DNA from: Callorhinchus milii | Taxonomy: Eukaryota | Direction: 5' to 3' | Length of the DNA: 64,000 nucleotides | Assembly (NCBI RefSeq): GCF_018977255.1 | Contig: NW_024704742.1 | Coordinates: forward strand, 70,868,001-70,932,000 | In this document: positions 25,533 to 39,190 of the stretch, piece by piece | Layout of the letters: the number at the start of each line of letters is the position of its first letter | Position numbering within the stretch: position 1 is the first letter of the stretch | Made by a program: the position numbers and the translations under genes | The notes under the pieces: model-generated | The model's input: only the letters and a program-made list of their open reading frames with translations | Told to the model about the DNA's origin: nothing | The model's database searches: none

Positions 25533-28218
25533 GTTTTATTCCGGGAGGTGAGGTATATGTGTCAAAGATAAATATTATTAAATAATATTACCGAAATAGT
25601 AATATTATCATTGCATTTGATATGAGGCCTCATCGGGTCGCACGAGATGTCTCAAAGCGCTTCAGACGATGTTGTAACTGTGTATTTTTGGGGCCAAATT
25701 ATTATTGTGGTGAAGCGCTTCGAGACGTCTCTACGACGTGATAAACTGCTACATCAAATGCAGGGATTATCATTACAGTTATTTGTATTATTCCTAAAGC
25801 ATATTCCTAAAGGACGGAGAAGGAGACGGGGAATTGCAGAGAAAAAATGGGTTTTATAAAAATCCCTTTGAAAATAAAGTGTTATAAATACTGTGTGTGT
25901 GTATATATATATATACTTAACATCTATCAAATAAGGTCATGTGTGTAACATGGGAATTGCTTTTATTTAGGTCATAATTGCGCACAAATTCTAAATTAAT
26001 TTGAAAATAGAGATTGGGGATTTTTTTTTACAAATATATATTTTCTTATAAATCTAATCAAACAAGGGGAGGCGTTGTGTAATACATAAGTGTTTTTATT
26101 TAGGTAACAATTGAGCCCAAATGTCAAATGGACTCGAAAATAAAATTATATATATATATTTATCTAAAAATATGCATTCAAAAATATCATTTGAAATGTA
26201 AATATCGCACCGTGCGCATTTTTCATAGAAGTTAAACCATATTATTAGTATAGAAGTTAAACCTTATTATTATTATTATTATAGAAGTTAAACCATATTA
26301 TTGTGATAATGTAATGGACATGTAATGGGAAAGGCTGTATTTTGTGAAGCGTTTTGAGCCCGAGATGTGGACGATGCAATAATATTTTAATGTTAAATTA
26401 AAATGCAGTCGCACACACAGTTATATTGCTCACATAAACGCTGGTGTATAACAGCGAGGATCAAAACTGAGGGGAGAACAAGATGAAATCATGAAAAACA
26501 CACGATCAACGAATTTTATTTTGTTTCAATAAAAACATTATAAATATAAAGGCCAACTGTTATTTTGGAATTGAGACAGTGACAAGGGGAGCATTCAACA
26601 GCAAATATATATATACACATATATATACACACATATAAAATAATCATTATTAAACAAAACATAAAACATCATTTTACATGGTACAAACTAATGAAACTGC
26701 CCCCGAATTATATATAATTCGATTTAAATCCTGGGTTTTATGAACAGATCGTAAAGGGAGATGTTTTAATGTTTTTTTCCCACCTCGAGGCAGAGTTTAG
26801 AAAGGAGAAACACGGTGAGATGTATTGCTAAATAGAGGATTAAGTGTGTTCAGGGTTGTTAATGTTACTGTAGTCGCCCTAACCCAGTCTCTCCCCTGAA
26901 ACCTGGTCAATCTCACTGTGTTCTGGTGTAGACAAGACACAGGAGCTTTCACATCCATAATAATCCTTATTACATTATATATACATTGCACACACACACA
27001 CACACATATATATATACACAAATAATAGTCTATCAAATACAGATATAACTGGCACAGTCCCTCCCATCAAACAGAGCGAATATTCCTCAAATCATTTAAA
27101 CCTTTGGACGAGTGAACGTCAATTATTTTAACAATTGAATGCAATTTAAAAACAACGCTCCGAAATGTCGACCCGAATAGAGTTTTGTGCCGTTAAATAC
27201 GAGAAAATAGGAGAAAACAGCTGTTTTGTTTTGCTTTTTTTTCCCTACAAAAAAAAACACATTTAAAATAGCGTTTACGAATCCTCTTCCGAGGGCTATT
27301 ATTTTGCGCGATGGGATGGGATGCGCACGGAACGGGGTTAAATCATTCCCGACCGGCTCTAAATTTATTATATTTGCAAAGAAGCAGAATTTTGCAAATC
27401 CTTAGAAATCAATAAAAATAACAATAATAATTGTCACATTTGTAATTCAAAGCTAGAACTGAAATGATGTACTAAAGGGTTTAGCGCTGTTAGTGCTATG
27501 CAGTCAGTCTGTCTGTGTCTGTCTGTCTGTGTCTGTCTGTCTGTCTGTCTCTCTCGATTTCCAGCAAAAATCAGAAAATAGTGCCTCTCAGTAGAAATGT
27601 TACAGGGGAGAAAGGAAACACTTTTAACCACACTTTGAATAATAATAATCTTTGCATTGGACACAGCGTCTTATCACGTCGTTGAGACGTCTCAAAGCGC
27701 TTCACAGAAAATACTGTAAAGTAAATTGACTGTATTTTGTGGGCAGAACAAAACTTTTACTCATTGTATAGTGGATAATAATAATAATAATAATATAGTC
27801 ACTCAATCCACGACTGTTTGTGGGACGCTGCTGTGTGCAATTGGCTGCCGCATTTTCGCCCACAAATATACGGTCAATTCACTTTACAGTATATTCTGTG
27901 AAGCGCTTTGATATGTCTAGAAGACGTGAAAAGCGCTATATCAAATGCAAGGATTATTATTATTATTATATAGTCACTCCACTTTACAGTATATTCTGTG
28001 AAGAGTTTGAGTCGTCTCAAAGACCTGATGAGATGCTATATCAAATGCAAGGATTATTATTTTTATTATGCATTGACTGCGGATTGATTTTGTGGGCAAA
28101 ACAAAAAATATACTAATTTAATTCATGTTTAACTCAATAATGTGATGTCAGGCCTAACTGTGTTTGGACTGCGTTTCCCAGAATGGGTTTAAAACCTGAT
28201 AGACTTTTCTGCCCCTTA

Positions 28219-28253
<35 letters not shown>

Positions 28254-29374
28254 CCGCCCCCCTCAATATTCTCTATGGGGCAAATTCGGTATTTTTAAAT
28301 AATTCATATGTAAAATTTCTCATATAGTTCTTGCAGTAAAAAAAATTCCACCTGTGTTGAGACTCACAGTAATATTTCAGAGCACCAGAATTTTGCAGAT
28401 CATGAGAACAGTCTTCAAGGTTTTTTAAAAAAATAATAATCCTTGCATTTGGAGTATAGTAGCATATTGGTTAGAGCGCTCGCCTCGCAAGCGAAAGGAC
28501 CCGGATTTGATTCCCGGGCAGGGCGAAACCTTAGGCACGTTTCCTTGCCTCAATTTAGTAGCAGTAAGTAGGAACCTGGTTGTTAATCGATTGCTGGATC
28601 CCTTTCTGGGGATAATAATCCTTTCAAAAAAAATAATAATTTGGTCACTCAATCCACGACTGTTTGTGGGACATTGCTGTGCATAATTGGCTGTCACTTT
28701 TCGCCCACAAAATACAAAATTCAATTTATTCTGTGAAGTGTTTTGAAATGCCTCAATAATAATAATAATAATCCTTGCATTTGATATAGCACCTTTTCAT
28801 GTCTTCAAGAAGTCTCAAAGCGCTTCACAGAATATACTGTAAAATGAATCGACTGTGTATTTTGTGGGTGAAATGCGGCAGACAATTGTGTACAGCAGTG
28901 TCCCACAAACAATCGTGGATTGAAGTGAACAATTTATTATGTTTTTGAAGGAATTATTACCCCTGGAAAAGTGATCCGCCAATCAACCAACAACCGGGTG
29001 CCTACTTACTGCTAGATAAACAGTGGTGTGTGGAGTAGGGAAGCTTTCTCATCCTTTCGCGCTGCCAGGCGTTACGTGATAAGGCGATGTATCAAATGCA
29101 AGGATTATCTGTAGTAGTATTACACTGTATTATATGTGTTTTCACGTCATGAGGACGTCTCAAAGCCCTTCACGGGATTTATTGTAAATTGTAGCGGCCA
29201 TACATTCTGTGAGTTCCTTTAAGAACCACATTTCAAAACAGGGTTTGTAATTCAAAGTTACAATTGAAAATTAATATTTAACCCCTCGAATAAAGGTTCT
29301 TAAACACACATTCAAAGCTGCCTGCCCACCTACATAGGAGGCATGTGTTTTGCAGAACTATGTTGAGTTAAGTT

Positions 29375-29641
29375 ATAACTCAAGAGGGAAAATGAGAAGA
29401 AATTTTTTTACACAGAGAGTTGTTCGGATCTGGAATGCATTGCCTGAAAGGGTGGTGGAAGCCAATTCAATAGCAGCTTTTAAGAGAGAAGTAGATAATT
29501 ACTTGGGAAGGACACGTTTGCACGGCTGTGGGGAGAGAGCGGGGGAATGAGATTGAATTGGATAGCTCTTTTCAAAGAGCCAGCACAGACACGATGGGCC
29601 AAATGGCCTCCTTCTGTGCTGTATAATTCTATGATTCTATA
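29375..29641 (+). mobile_element. CR1 3' end
   Basis: MRRNFFTQRVVRIWNALPERVVEANSIAAFKREVDNYL followed by the tail GGCCTCCTTCTGTGCTGTATAATTCTATGATTCTAT. Confidence 0.88.
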
Positions 29642-29710
29642 ACTAATTACTGTGTGAAATTGACTGCCGCGTTTCACTCACAAAATACACGGTCACTCCA
29701 CTTTACAATT

Positions 29711-30032
29711 GGAGTTCTGTAGCTCAGTGGTTAGAGCACTCGCTTTGCAAGCGAGAGACCTGAGTTCAATTCCAGGCAGAGGGCGAAACCTTGAGCAAGT
29801 TTCCTTACTCCACACAGAGCCTAATAACAATCCCTCCAAAAAAACAAAACAATAATAAATCGGTCATTTTCAATCTACGACTGTTTGTGGGACACTGCTG
29901 TGCGCAATTGGCTGCCGCGTTCGCCCACAAATATACAGTCAATTCACTTTACAGTATATTCTGTGAAGCGCTTTGGGACGTCTAGAAGACGTGAAAAGCG
30001 CTATATCAAATGCAAGGATTATTATTATTATA
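29711..30032 (+). mobile_element. SINE family A, short subfamily
   Basis: Nearly identical to 36844-37163, with intact arm CTCGC-TTTGCAA-GCGAG. Confidence 0.92.
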
Positions 30033-31182
30033 ATATATTCTATATCAAATGCAAGGATTAATATTCTTATAATGGAATCCCGGAAAAGCATTACAATACA
30101 TTTAGATTTGGAAGCAGGCCTCAAACAAGCAAATTGTTGAATTATTTTGTTGTCTTTGAAGTTGGTTTTCTGTAAGAAAATGTGCACAATAGTCGCAACA
30201 ATAATAGTCCCTGTGTTTGGTACTGTGCCTTTCACACTGTCAGGAGAACGTCTCGAAGCATTTTTCAGAGCTTACTGGAATCTGTAGTGACTGTGTGTTT
30301 TAGACAGCGGAATTTACAAAGAGACGCTTTCCGAAATCAAGGCTGTATTTAAGAATTTGTCAAATTCTGGAATGGGACAGAAATAGAGAAATTGATTTTT
30401 TAATGCTTGTTACTAGATGTCTGAAGAGATGAATGTCTGATTGTTTTATTATAATCATATTATGCCTTATTTCCTTGAGACGTCTCAAATCACAGAATTT
30501 ACAGAATTAGGGGATACAGAGTTCATAACTCAGTCTGACTTTGTTTACTGTATTTACTGCCCTTTGGATGGGACATTAAATCCAGGTCCCATCTGCCTGT
30601 TCAGGTGGATGTTAAAGATCCCATGGCACTATTTGAAAAGAGAAGGGAGTTTCTCTCTCCCGGTGTCCTGGCCAACAATCCCCCAAATAAAATTGTTTGC
30701 TGACTCCATGACTGTTTATTCGCGCAAATTGGCGGCCCATTTCACCTACAAAATACACAGTCAAGAACCACTTTATAATATATTCTGCGAAGCGCTGTGA
30801 GATGTCTCAACAATGTGATATGGCGCTATATCAAATTCAAGGATTATTATATGCAATAAAAAATTACATCTCTAATAAATGTATAAAACACAATATAATT
30901 CCTTGAAATTTTCGTATATGGTTTTACCTTATAGATATTTTGTGTAAAGCGTTTCCTCCATTAGATTTAAATGAAGCCTCCTTCAGTAAGTGTTGAGAGC
31001 ACATCAGAGCTTTGATACAGACCAGCGTTGTGTGATATCAACATTGAAAGTAGTGCATGTAATGAGATCGAGACCTTGGGAAATGCTTTAGAGACACTTA
31101 AAAAAGCTTTTGATTGGTTTGCTATACTTTTAGTACAAAAGAAATCCAGAGAGCAGGGGGACATGTTCAGAGATCAAATATA

Positions 31183-31547
31183 TGGAGTCCTGTAGCGTAG
31201 AGGTTAGTGCATTTGCCTCGCAAGCGACAGGACCTAGGTTCGATTTACGGGCAGGGCAAAACCTTAGGCAAGTTTCCTTACTCCACAGTCTCTGTTTACC
31301 TTGCAGTAGGTAGGAACCTGGTTGTTAGTCGATTGGCAGATTGCTTTCTGGGGGTAATAACACCTTCAATAAGTAAATAAACATAATAATAATTTGGATA
31401 CTCAATCCACGTCTGTTTGTGTGTAATTGGCTGTGTGTTTCGCCCATAAAATATACAGTCAATTCACTTTACAATATATTCTGTGAAGCGCTGTGAGATG
31501 TCTCGAACACGTTATAAGGCCTATATCTAATACAAGAATTATTATTG
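31183..31547 (+). mobile_element. SINE family A, long subfamily
   Basis: Head GGAGTCCTGTAGCG.., central block and tail. Confidence 0.85.
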
Positions 31548-32177
31548 TTGTCAGAGTCCGGGTTAACAGAGTAGCGCTTTATCACGGTGCAACAGCTCGG
31601 CTCCTGTTCAGTTTAAATCCTAAAATATCCATTCTTTTGTTACTATTAAAGGTCAGGAAGACTTTAGAGAACAGAATAAATAGGAAGAAGATATGGCAAA
31701 AGAGAGAGAGGAAAAGTGACAAGAGAGAGAGAGAGAGTGGGAGACACTGAAGAGAGAAAGATAGAGAGATGGAGGGCAAGAGAGAGAAAAAAGAATTTCA
31801 TGTTTTTTAAAGCAAAACATATCAAAGCCTTTACAACACTTGCTGTCAGATGTAGTCACTGCTTTTGTGCCCAGAGAGAGAGAAGGAAGGAGAAGAAAAA
31901 GAATATAGGGAGAGGGTGAAAGAGAGAGGGGAAAAAAAGGGAATGAGGGGAGAGGGGATAGAGGTGTACAGCAGTACAGGAGAAGGTTCTGTACCCATCT
32001 ATACCCTTAATCCCCCTCCCCACAAATAGTCATAGATTGACCAAATTTATTTATTTTTTGGAAGGATTTTTATCCTCGGAAAGCGATCTTTTCGCTTGCG
32101 AACCTTGCAAAGGGGCAAAGAAAGAGAGAGACGGATGGTAAGAAAGAGAAAGACAAACAGAGGGAGTGAGAAGAAGG

Positions 32178-32982
32178 ATAATAATAATAATACTTGCATT
32201 TGATATAACGCTTTTTCAAGTCTTCTAGACGTCTCAAAGCGCTTCACAGAGTATATTGTAAAGTGAGTTGACTATACCTGTGGGCAAAATGCAGCAGCCA
32301 ATTGCGCACAAAGTGTCCCACAAACAGTCGTGGATTGAAGTGACCAGTTTTATTGCTTTTTTTTTCTTGAAGGATTATTATTAGGTGTGTGGTAAGGAAA
32401 CTTGCCCAAGGTTTCGCCCTGCCCAGAATTGAACCCGGGTCTCTCGCTTACAAGGCGAGTGCTCTAACCATTGAGCTACACGACTACTAGAGTTAAACTA
32501 TAGAAGGATTTTTTTAATGTCTCATCCACCTGAATAGGGCATAGGGTAGAGTCCTGTAGCTCAGTGGTTAGAGCATTTGCCTCGCATGCGAGAGACCTGG
32601 GTTCTATTCCCGGCAGGGCTAAATGTTGGCCAAGTTTCCTGACTACACACGCCTCTATTTACCCAGCAGTAAGTAGGAACCCGGTTATTAGTCAATGGGG
32701 GGAATCATTTTTCCAGGGGTAATAATTCCTTCAAACAAAATAATAATAAATTGGTCACTTCAAACCATGACTGTTTGTGGGACACTGCTGTGTGCAATTG
32801 GTTGCTGCGTTTCACCCACAAGATATACAACAACAACAACTTGGATTTATATAGCACCTTCCACGAGGGCAACATCTCAGAGTGCTTATACGATCAATTC
32901 ACTTCATAGTATATTTTGTGAAGCGCTTTGAGACGTCTAAAAGACATGAAAAGCTCTATATCAAATGCAAGGATTATTATTA
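32178..32982. mobile_element. Two divergently oriented family A SINEs (- at 32178-32487; + at 32548-32982)
   Basis: Heads point away from each other across a spacer of about 60 bp. Confidence 0.85.
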
Positions 32983-33719
32983 TACTGTTAACTCCATTGA
33001 ATGCATTTTGTAGGCGAAACAAGGCATCCAATTGCACAGAATAGTGTCCCACGAATAGTCGTGGATTGAATGACCAATTTTTGTTTAATTGTAAGGCAAA
33101 GTAGCCGGCAGGCAAAGAGAAGGTGGAATTTGAGCCTTGGAATCGTGACGTTTTTAACAGAGATATAATAATAATAATCTTTACATTTAATACAGTATCT
33201 TTCATGCCGGGAGGATATCTTCACAGGATATTCAATAAAGTGTAGTGACTGTTTTTGTAGGGAAATTGGCAGCCAATTTGCACACAGCAATGTCCTAGAA
33301 AAAGTCATGATTGATTTTATCTGGGGGATTGTTGGCCAGGACAATGGGAGAGAGATATTAGATATCACCTTAAGCAAATTTCGTTACTCCACAATCCTTT
33401 GATTACCGAGCAGTAAGTAGGAACCCAATTGTTAGTCAAATGGTGGATCAATTCCAGTGGTGATAATCCCTCGAAAATTTGGTCACTTAATCCATGACTG
33501 GTTTGTGGGACACTGCTGTATGCAATTGGGTGCTGCTTTTCACCAAGAAAGTACACAGTCAATTAACTTTACAGTATAGTCTATGAAACGCTTCAAGATG
33601 ACATAAGGTCCTATATCAAATGCAAGGCTTATTGTTATATATAACAATACTCCCCCCAACCCCGGCCACATCATCCACCTACCCCTACTCCACACCACCC
33701 CAACCAAAAACAAAAGCAG

Positions 33720-34200
33720 TGAAAATGCAGGAAGGGGTAAGGAGAGAGGACACCAGTTTAAGAGTCTCCAAACCAGAAAGAGTTCCGCATATGTATGCCA
33801 TCCACATATGGAAATTTCCCTTTGCCTGGAATGAAATGCAAACTGTCTCTCTCTCTCTCTGGAGGGATGCACCCTGCTTACCTAACAAGAGGCAATGCTT
33901 CAGGTGTGCTTTGGGGCAACGGCTGGAGTCTAACCAGCTAAAAACCGCATAGCTTGCCATTGAGAGCACTGTCTGGCAAGCTTTCTTGCTGCGTATCCAG
34001 CAAGGACCACCCTACCCATTACGGCTTTGGTTTGCAGGGTTAACGGGAGCTGAGTGGGAAGAGTCCCTGCCCCCAGTGACTGGTGTGCCCTTTCGCGCCC
34101 TGCTGATGTGCCTGGCTGGGCTGTGCTGTCATCAGTAGTGCCGCGGACTTGCCTGGCTCAGGAACTGGACTAGAGAACATCAGAGGGTGGGCTCTATTCT
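33720..34200 (+). repeat. Unclassified dispersed repeat, longest copy; others at about 150-510 (+), 38090-38270 (+), 46548-46895 (-) and 52280-52460 (+)
   Basis: Shared blocks CTGCTTACCTAA, GAGTCTAACCAGCTAAAA, TGTCTGGCAAGCTTTC, AGGACCACCCTACCCATT and GAGCTGAGTGGGA..CCCCAGTGACTGGT. Confidence 0.75.
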
Positions 34201-35616
34201 GACATTGCTTTACCAAGCAAATCCATTTTTTTAAAATCTATGACTGTGTGGGGGACATTGCTGTGTGCAATTGGCTGCCGCGGTTTGCCCACAAAATATA
34301 CACTCAATCCATTTTCCAAAATTCTGTGAAGCGGTTTGAGACATCTCAACGACGTGATGAGGCGCTACATCAAATGCAACAATTATTGTTATCACCTGGG
34401 AGCCAGTTCTGTCCGATTACCCCCCTACCTCCCTCCCCTCCCAGAGGAGAACGTTCCATTCCCAGACTAAAGAGAGTCGAGACGAACATCAGCAGATCCC
34501 TAGTTCGATACTAAAGATGAAATACATTCAGCACAATTAATCAGAGGCTATTAAGTTAAGTTAGAATCACCGCATTGGGGGGAAAATTACATACTAAACG
34601 AGTAATGATGTAAATTAAGGAGTCAATTGGCAATGCATTAATTTTACATATAAAATTCCTGGGATTTTCCATCTATTTTTTGGGATACATTACCTGCGGT
34701 CAGTCCATGCTTAGGTCTCAAAATATCCATGTAAATAGTTGGCACTTTTTTCCCCTCTGTGACGTCAAAACAGATATCCCCTGCTCTATGGAGGAGGGTA
34801 GACTGTGGTGTTCAGGTTGCTGCTGAGCTAAATGGGCTCAAGGAAACATGTACAATGTTAACACAAGATAAGTGGAGGCCCGTAGTGTAGTGGTTAGAGC
34901 AATCGCCTCGATTCCCAGGTGGAGCGAAAGCTTAGGTTTCCTTACTCCGCACACCTGTGTTTAGCTAGCAGTAAGTTGAAACCCAGTTGTTAGTTGAATG
35001 GCAGATCGCTATTCCAGTGGTAGTACTCCCTTAAAAAAATATTGATTCTTTCAAACATAGATTAGATAGTTTTCTTTTAGAAAATAACATTATGGGATAT
35101 AGTACATAGGTGGTTTGGGACATATGTGCATGTGACCACCAGGAAGGTGGAAGGCGAAATAGATTGACCTTGGTCTTTTTTCACCTCGCATTTCTTACAT
35201 TCTTATGTAATAACTTTGTTACTCAATCCACGACTGTTTATGGGACACTGCTTTACACAATTGGCTTCCGTGTTTCACCCACAAAATACACAGTCAATTC
35301 ACTTTACAGTATATCATGTGAAGCGCTTTGAGACGTCTCAACAACGTGATAAGGTTCAATATCAAATGCAAGGATTATTATATTATTATGTGTCAGTCTA
35401 GCTCAGTTAGCAGCATTTTCGCCACCGACTCAGAAGGTCTGTTCAGGTGGATATTAAAGATCCCTTAGTGCTGTTCAATGGACCATGGCAGGGCAATGAA
35501 GGTGAATTGATTGTACTTTCAAAGAGCCGGCATACATCAAATGCAATAATAATAATCCTTGTAGTTGATACAGAGCCTTTGACATCAGGAAGATGTCTCA
35601 AAGAGTTGCACAGAGC

Positions 35617-35852
35617 CTCATAGAATTATACAGCACAGAAGGAGGCCATTCGGAGTCTCATAGAATCATAGAATTATACAGCACAGAAGGAGGCCATTCG
35701 GAGTCTCATAGAATTATACAACGCAGAAGGAGGCCATTCGGCCCATCATGTCTGTGCCTGGTCTTTGGAAAGAGCTATCCAATTCAATCCCATTCCCCTG
35801 CGCTCTCCCCATAGCCCTGCAAACTTTTCCTCCCCAAATAATTATCTATAAT
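35617..35852 (-). mobile_element. CR1 3' end with a triplicated terminal tail
   Basis: Reverse complement of the 29375 tail; CATAGAATTATACAGCACAGAAGGAGGCCATTCGG occurs three times. Confidence 0.85.
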
Positions 35853-36312
35853 TATATGACTATCTTTAATACTTGTAAAGAGAAGGGAGTTTCTCTTTCC
35901 CAGTATCCTGGATGACAATCTCCCAAAATAAACATAAAATTGTTCACTCACTCCAGGGTGTTTGTATGGACGTCGCTCTGTAAATTGTTTGCTGTATTCG
36001 CCTACAAATACACAGTCACTACACTTTACAGTAAATCCCTTTGAGACCTCTTGAAGACATAATAATAATCTTTGCAGTTGACATAGTGCCTTACCACAGA
36101 ATTTACTGTAAAGTGAATTGACAGTATTTTGTGAGTGGAACAAGGCAGCCAATTTCACACAGCAGACGTGATATGCATGATAAGATGCTGTATTAAATGT
36201 GAGGATTATTATTTATTATAATTATGTGTGTACATAGGATACATGCAGATATATACATAGCTCTGAAACCAAGCACAAATTACATCTACACTTATAAGAA
36301 ACTTCTGTAAAC

Positions 36313-36612
36313 TATAATAATAATCCTTGCATTTGATATAACGCTTTTAACGTCTTCCAGACGTCTCAAAGCACTTCACTGAACATACTGTAAAGTGAAT
36401 TGACTGTATATTTGTGTGCGAAATGCGGCAGCCAATTGCGTACAGCAGTGTCCCACAAACAGTCGTGGATTGAAGTGACCAATTGATTGTTGCTTTTTCT
36501 TGAGGGATTATTATTAGGCGTGTGGAGTAAGGAAACTTGCCCAAGGTTTCGTCCTACCGGGAATCGAACCCAGATCTCTCGCTTGCCAGGCAAGTGCTCT
36601 AACCACTGAGCT
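36313..36612 (-). mobile_element. SINE family A, short subfamily
   Basis: Reverse-complement match to the family. Confidence 0.88.
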
Positions 36613-36843
36613 GAATGTTGTTGTGAGGTGAATGGGCAGCCAACTTGTGTCAGTGGCATCCCGCACACAGCAATAAGATGTGTAAACAATTGATTTTGAT
36701 TACTTTTTGGAGGCGGAAGGAGGAATTTGGACAAGGCGGGGGTTATAAACAGATTAACCGGAAAAACACTACACTATTCTTTGAAACAACAAAAACACTT
36801 TACAGTGTTTCACACACAAAAGACAGTCACTCCACTCCACTTT

Positions 36844-37163
36844 GGAGTCCTGTAGCTCAGTGGTTAGAGCACTCGCTTTGCAAGCAAGAGACCTGAGTTC
36901 AATTCCAGGCAGGGCGAAACCTTGGGCAAGTTTCCTTACTCCACACAGAGCCTAATAATAATCCCTCCAAAAAAACCAATAATAAATTGGTCATTTTCAA
37001 TCCATGACTGTTTGTGGGACATTGCTGTGTGCAATTGGCTGCCGCGTTCGCCCACAAATATACAGTCAATTCACTTTACTGTCTGTTCTGTGAAGCGCTT
37101 TGGGATGTCTAGAAGACGTGAAAAGTGCTATATCAAATGCAAGGATTATTATTATTATTATTA
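36844..37163 (+). mobile_element. tRNA-derived SINE family A, short subfamily, full length
   Basis: A box TAGCTCAGTGG; anticodon-like arm CTCGC-TTTGCAA-GCAAG; B box GAGTTCAATTCC; shared 3' body; tail TATCAAATGCAAGGA(TTA)n. Confidence 0.92.
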
Positions 37164-37199
37164 CTTCCCATTGCTCATCTCTAGGTTTGTCCACTAGCA

Positions 37200-37910
37200 A
37201 TTCAGCCCAGTTTACTGTGGTCAATACTTAAATTTAGCACCTTGGTTTGGGACTCCCCCTTCTCGCTCTCAAATCTAATGTCAAATTCAATCATATTATC
37301 ATCACTATTTGCAAAGTGTTCCCTTACTGTCAGATTATTGACTAAATCTGGCTCATTACTCATCACCAAATCTAGTATGGCTTGTTCTCTTGTTAGTTCT
37401 AACACATATTGTTCCAAAAAGCTGTCCTGATATACATTCGAGAAATTTGTTACCTTTACTACCTGAGGTGTCCTGCTTCTCTCAGTCTATGTGAAAATTA
37501 AAATCTCCCATCATAACCACGTTGCTTTTGCTACATGCTTCCCTGATCTCCGTATTTATATATTTCACCACTGAATCACAATTCTCCGGAGGTCTGTAGA
37601 CTTCTCCCAATAGAGTCTTACTTCCTTTGCTGTTCCTTATTTCTACCCACAGTTGCCCTTACTGAAATCTCTCCTTTCCACTGCTGTAATAGTGTCTTTT
37701 ATCAATATTGCTACTCCTCCTCCTTTCCCAATGTCCCTGTCTTTTCTAAAGATCTTATAGCCTGGAATACTCCCAGTCCTGCCCAGCTTGCAAGAAGATC
37801 TCTGAAATGGCTATTACATTATACCCTTTGAGCTGAATTTGTGCTTCCAACTCACATGTTTTATTTCTTACGCTACGTGCATTTGTGTACATAATGTTTA
37901 TTTGGGTAAC
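37200..37910 (-). mobile_element. CR1-clade LINE fragment (apurinic endonuclease region)
   Basis: EQYVLELTREQAILDLVMSNEPDLVNNLTVREHFANSDDNMIEF on the minus strand, typical of the CR1 ORF2 EN C-terminus. Confidence 0.85.
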
Positions 37911-38881
37911 TGTCACTAATTTTCCTCTATATGTTCTGACAATGTTTTTCTCTCACATTTTGATTTGCTACACCTTGTGTAATAACTTCCTATTACCTTT
38001 TCTTTTCCTATAGTGTTTATGTTACCTTGATCGTTGCTCTTGTCCTCTACTTTCCCTATGTTTTTGTTATTTTTACCACCCACGCTTACCAACTTACCTG
38101 TTAGGATTTTGGCTTGTAGTGTCAACAGGAGCTGAGTGGGAGGTTTCCCTGCCCCCAGTGACTGGTCGCCCTTCCGAGTTCTGCCGATGAGCCAGGCTGG
38201 GCTGTGCTGTCATCACCAGTGCCCTGGAATACTGAGGACCTGCCTGGTTCAGGAATCAGACTAGAGACTCACAAACAATAATGGGATGAATTGTCAATTG
38301 AATGATTTTTTTGGGGGGTGAAGGAGTATGGAGGAATTCTTGGCCAGACAAATTACCTATTACCAGGGAGAACTTCCACCTGGTCCAGATTTACTCTATT
38401 TATGCCGTGTTGCAAATTGAGTCAGAAGGTTGTGGGTTCAAGCCCCATGTAGGGACTTGGAATCACATCGTCTAAGATGACACTCCAACGCAGTGCTGGA
38501 GATGTGTTGCATTGTCGCAGGTGCTGTCTTTGGATGAGACATTAAACCAAAGTCCCATCTGCCTGTTCACGTTAAAGATCTGTTAAAGATACCATGGCAC
38601 ATCAGCCTATTCTGTGAGCTCAAAAGTTTGTGGCTTGAACTCACAACCTTCTAACTCAGAGATGACAGCACTGCTGACTGAGCCAGGCTGACAAGGAAAG
38701 GTGATTGTGGTGGGGAAGTAAGAAAGAAGGGAAAAAGAATAAAGGTGTCGTGGGGAACAGCGTGGGGGGGGGGTGAAATTACTTCAGGAAAGCGTGCAGT
38801 AAAATAATCATTAATAATAATCCTTGTGTTTGATACAATGCCTTTCACACCGGGATTATGTCTCAACTCACTTCACTGGAT

Positions 38882-39190
38882 TTAATAATAATAATAATCC
38901 TTGCATTTGATATAGCACTGTTCATGTCTTCAAGATGTCTCAAAGCGCTTCACAGAATATATTGTAAAGTGAATTGACTATGTTTTGTGGGCGAAACACA
39001 CCATCCAATTGCACACAACAGTGTCCCACAAATAGTCGTGGGTTGAGTAATCAAATTATTATTGTTTTTTTCTTGAGGGATTATTATCAGGGTGTGGAGT
39101 AAGGAAACTTGCCCAAGGTTTCGCCCTGCCGGGAATCGAACCAGGTCTCTCGCTTGCGAGGCAAGTGCTCTAACCACTGAGCTACAGGAT
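38882..39190 (-). mobile_element. SINE family A, short subfamily
   Basis: Reverse-complement match to the family. Confidence 0.88.

Noticed and set aside
25252..25571. C-terminal CVCVY extension of the 257-aa TLX ORF
   Set aside because: Read-through past the GTGAGT donor into an intronic microsatellite.
36844..36920. tRNA-Ala-like gene (also at 29711, 45920, 63310)
   Set aside because: No acceptor-stem pairing, and each continues into the SINE body and tail; these are SINE heads.
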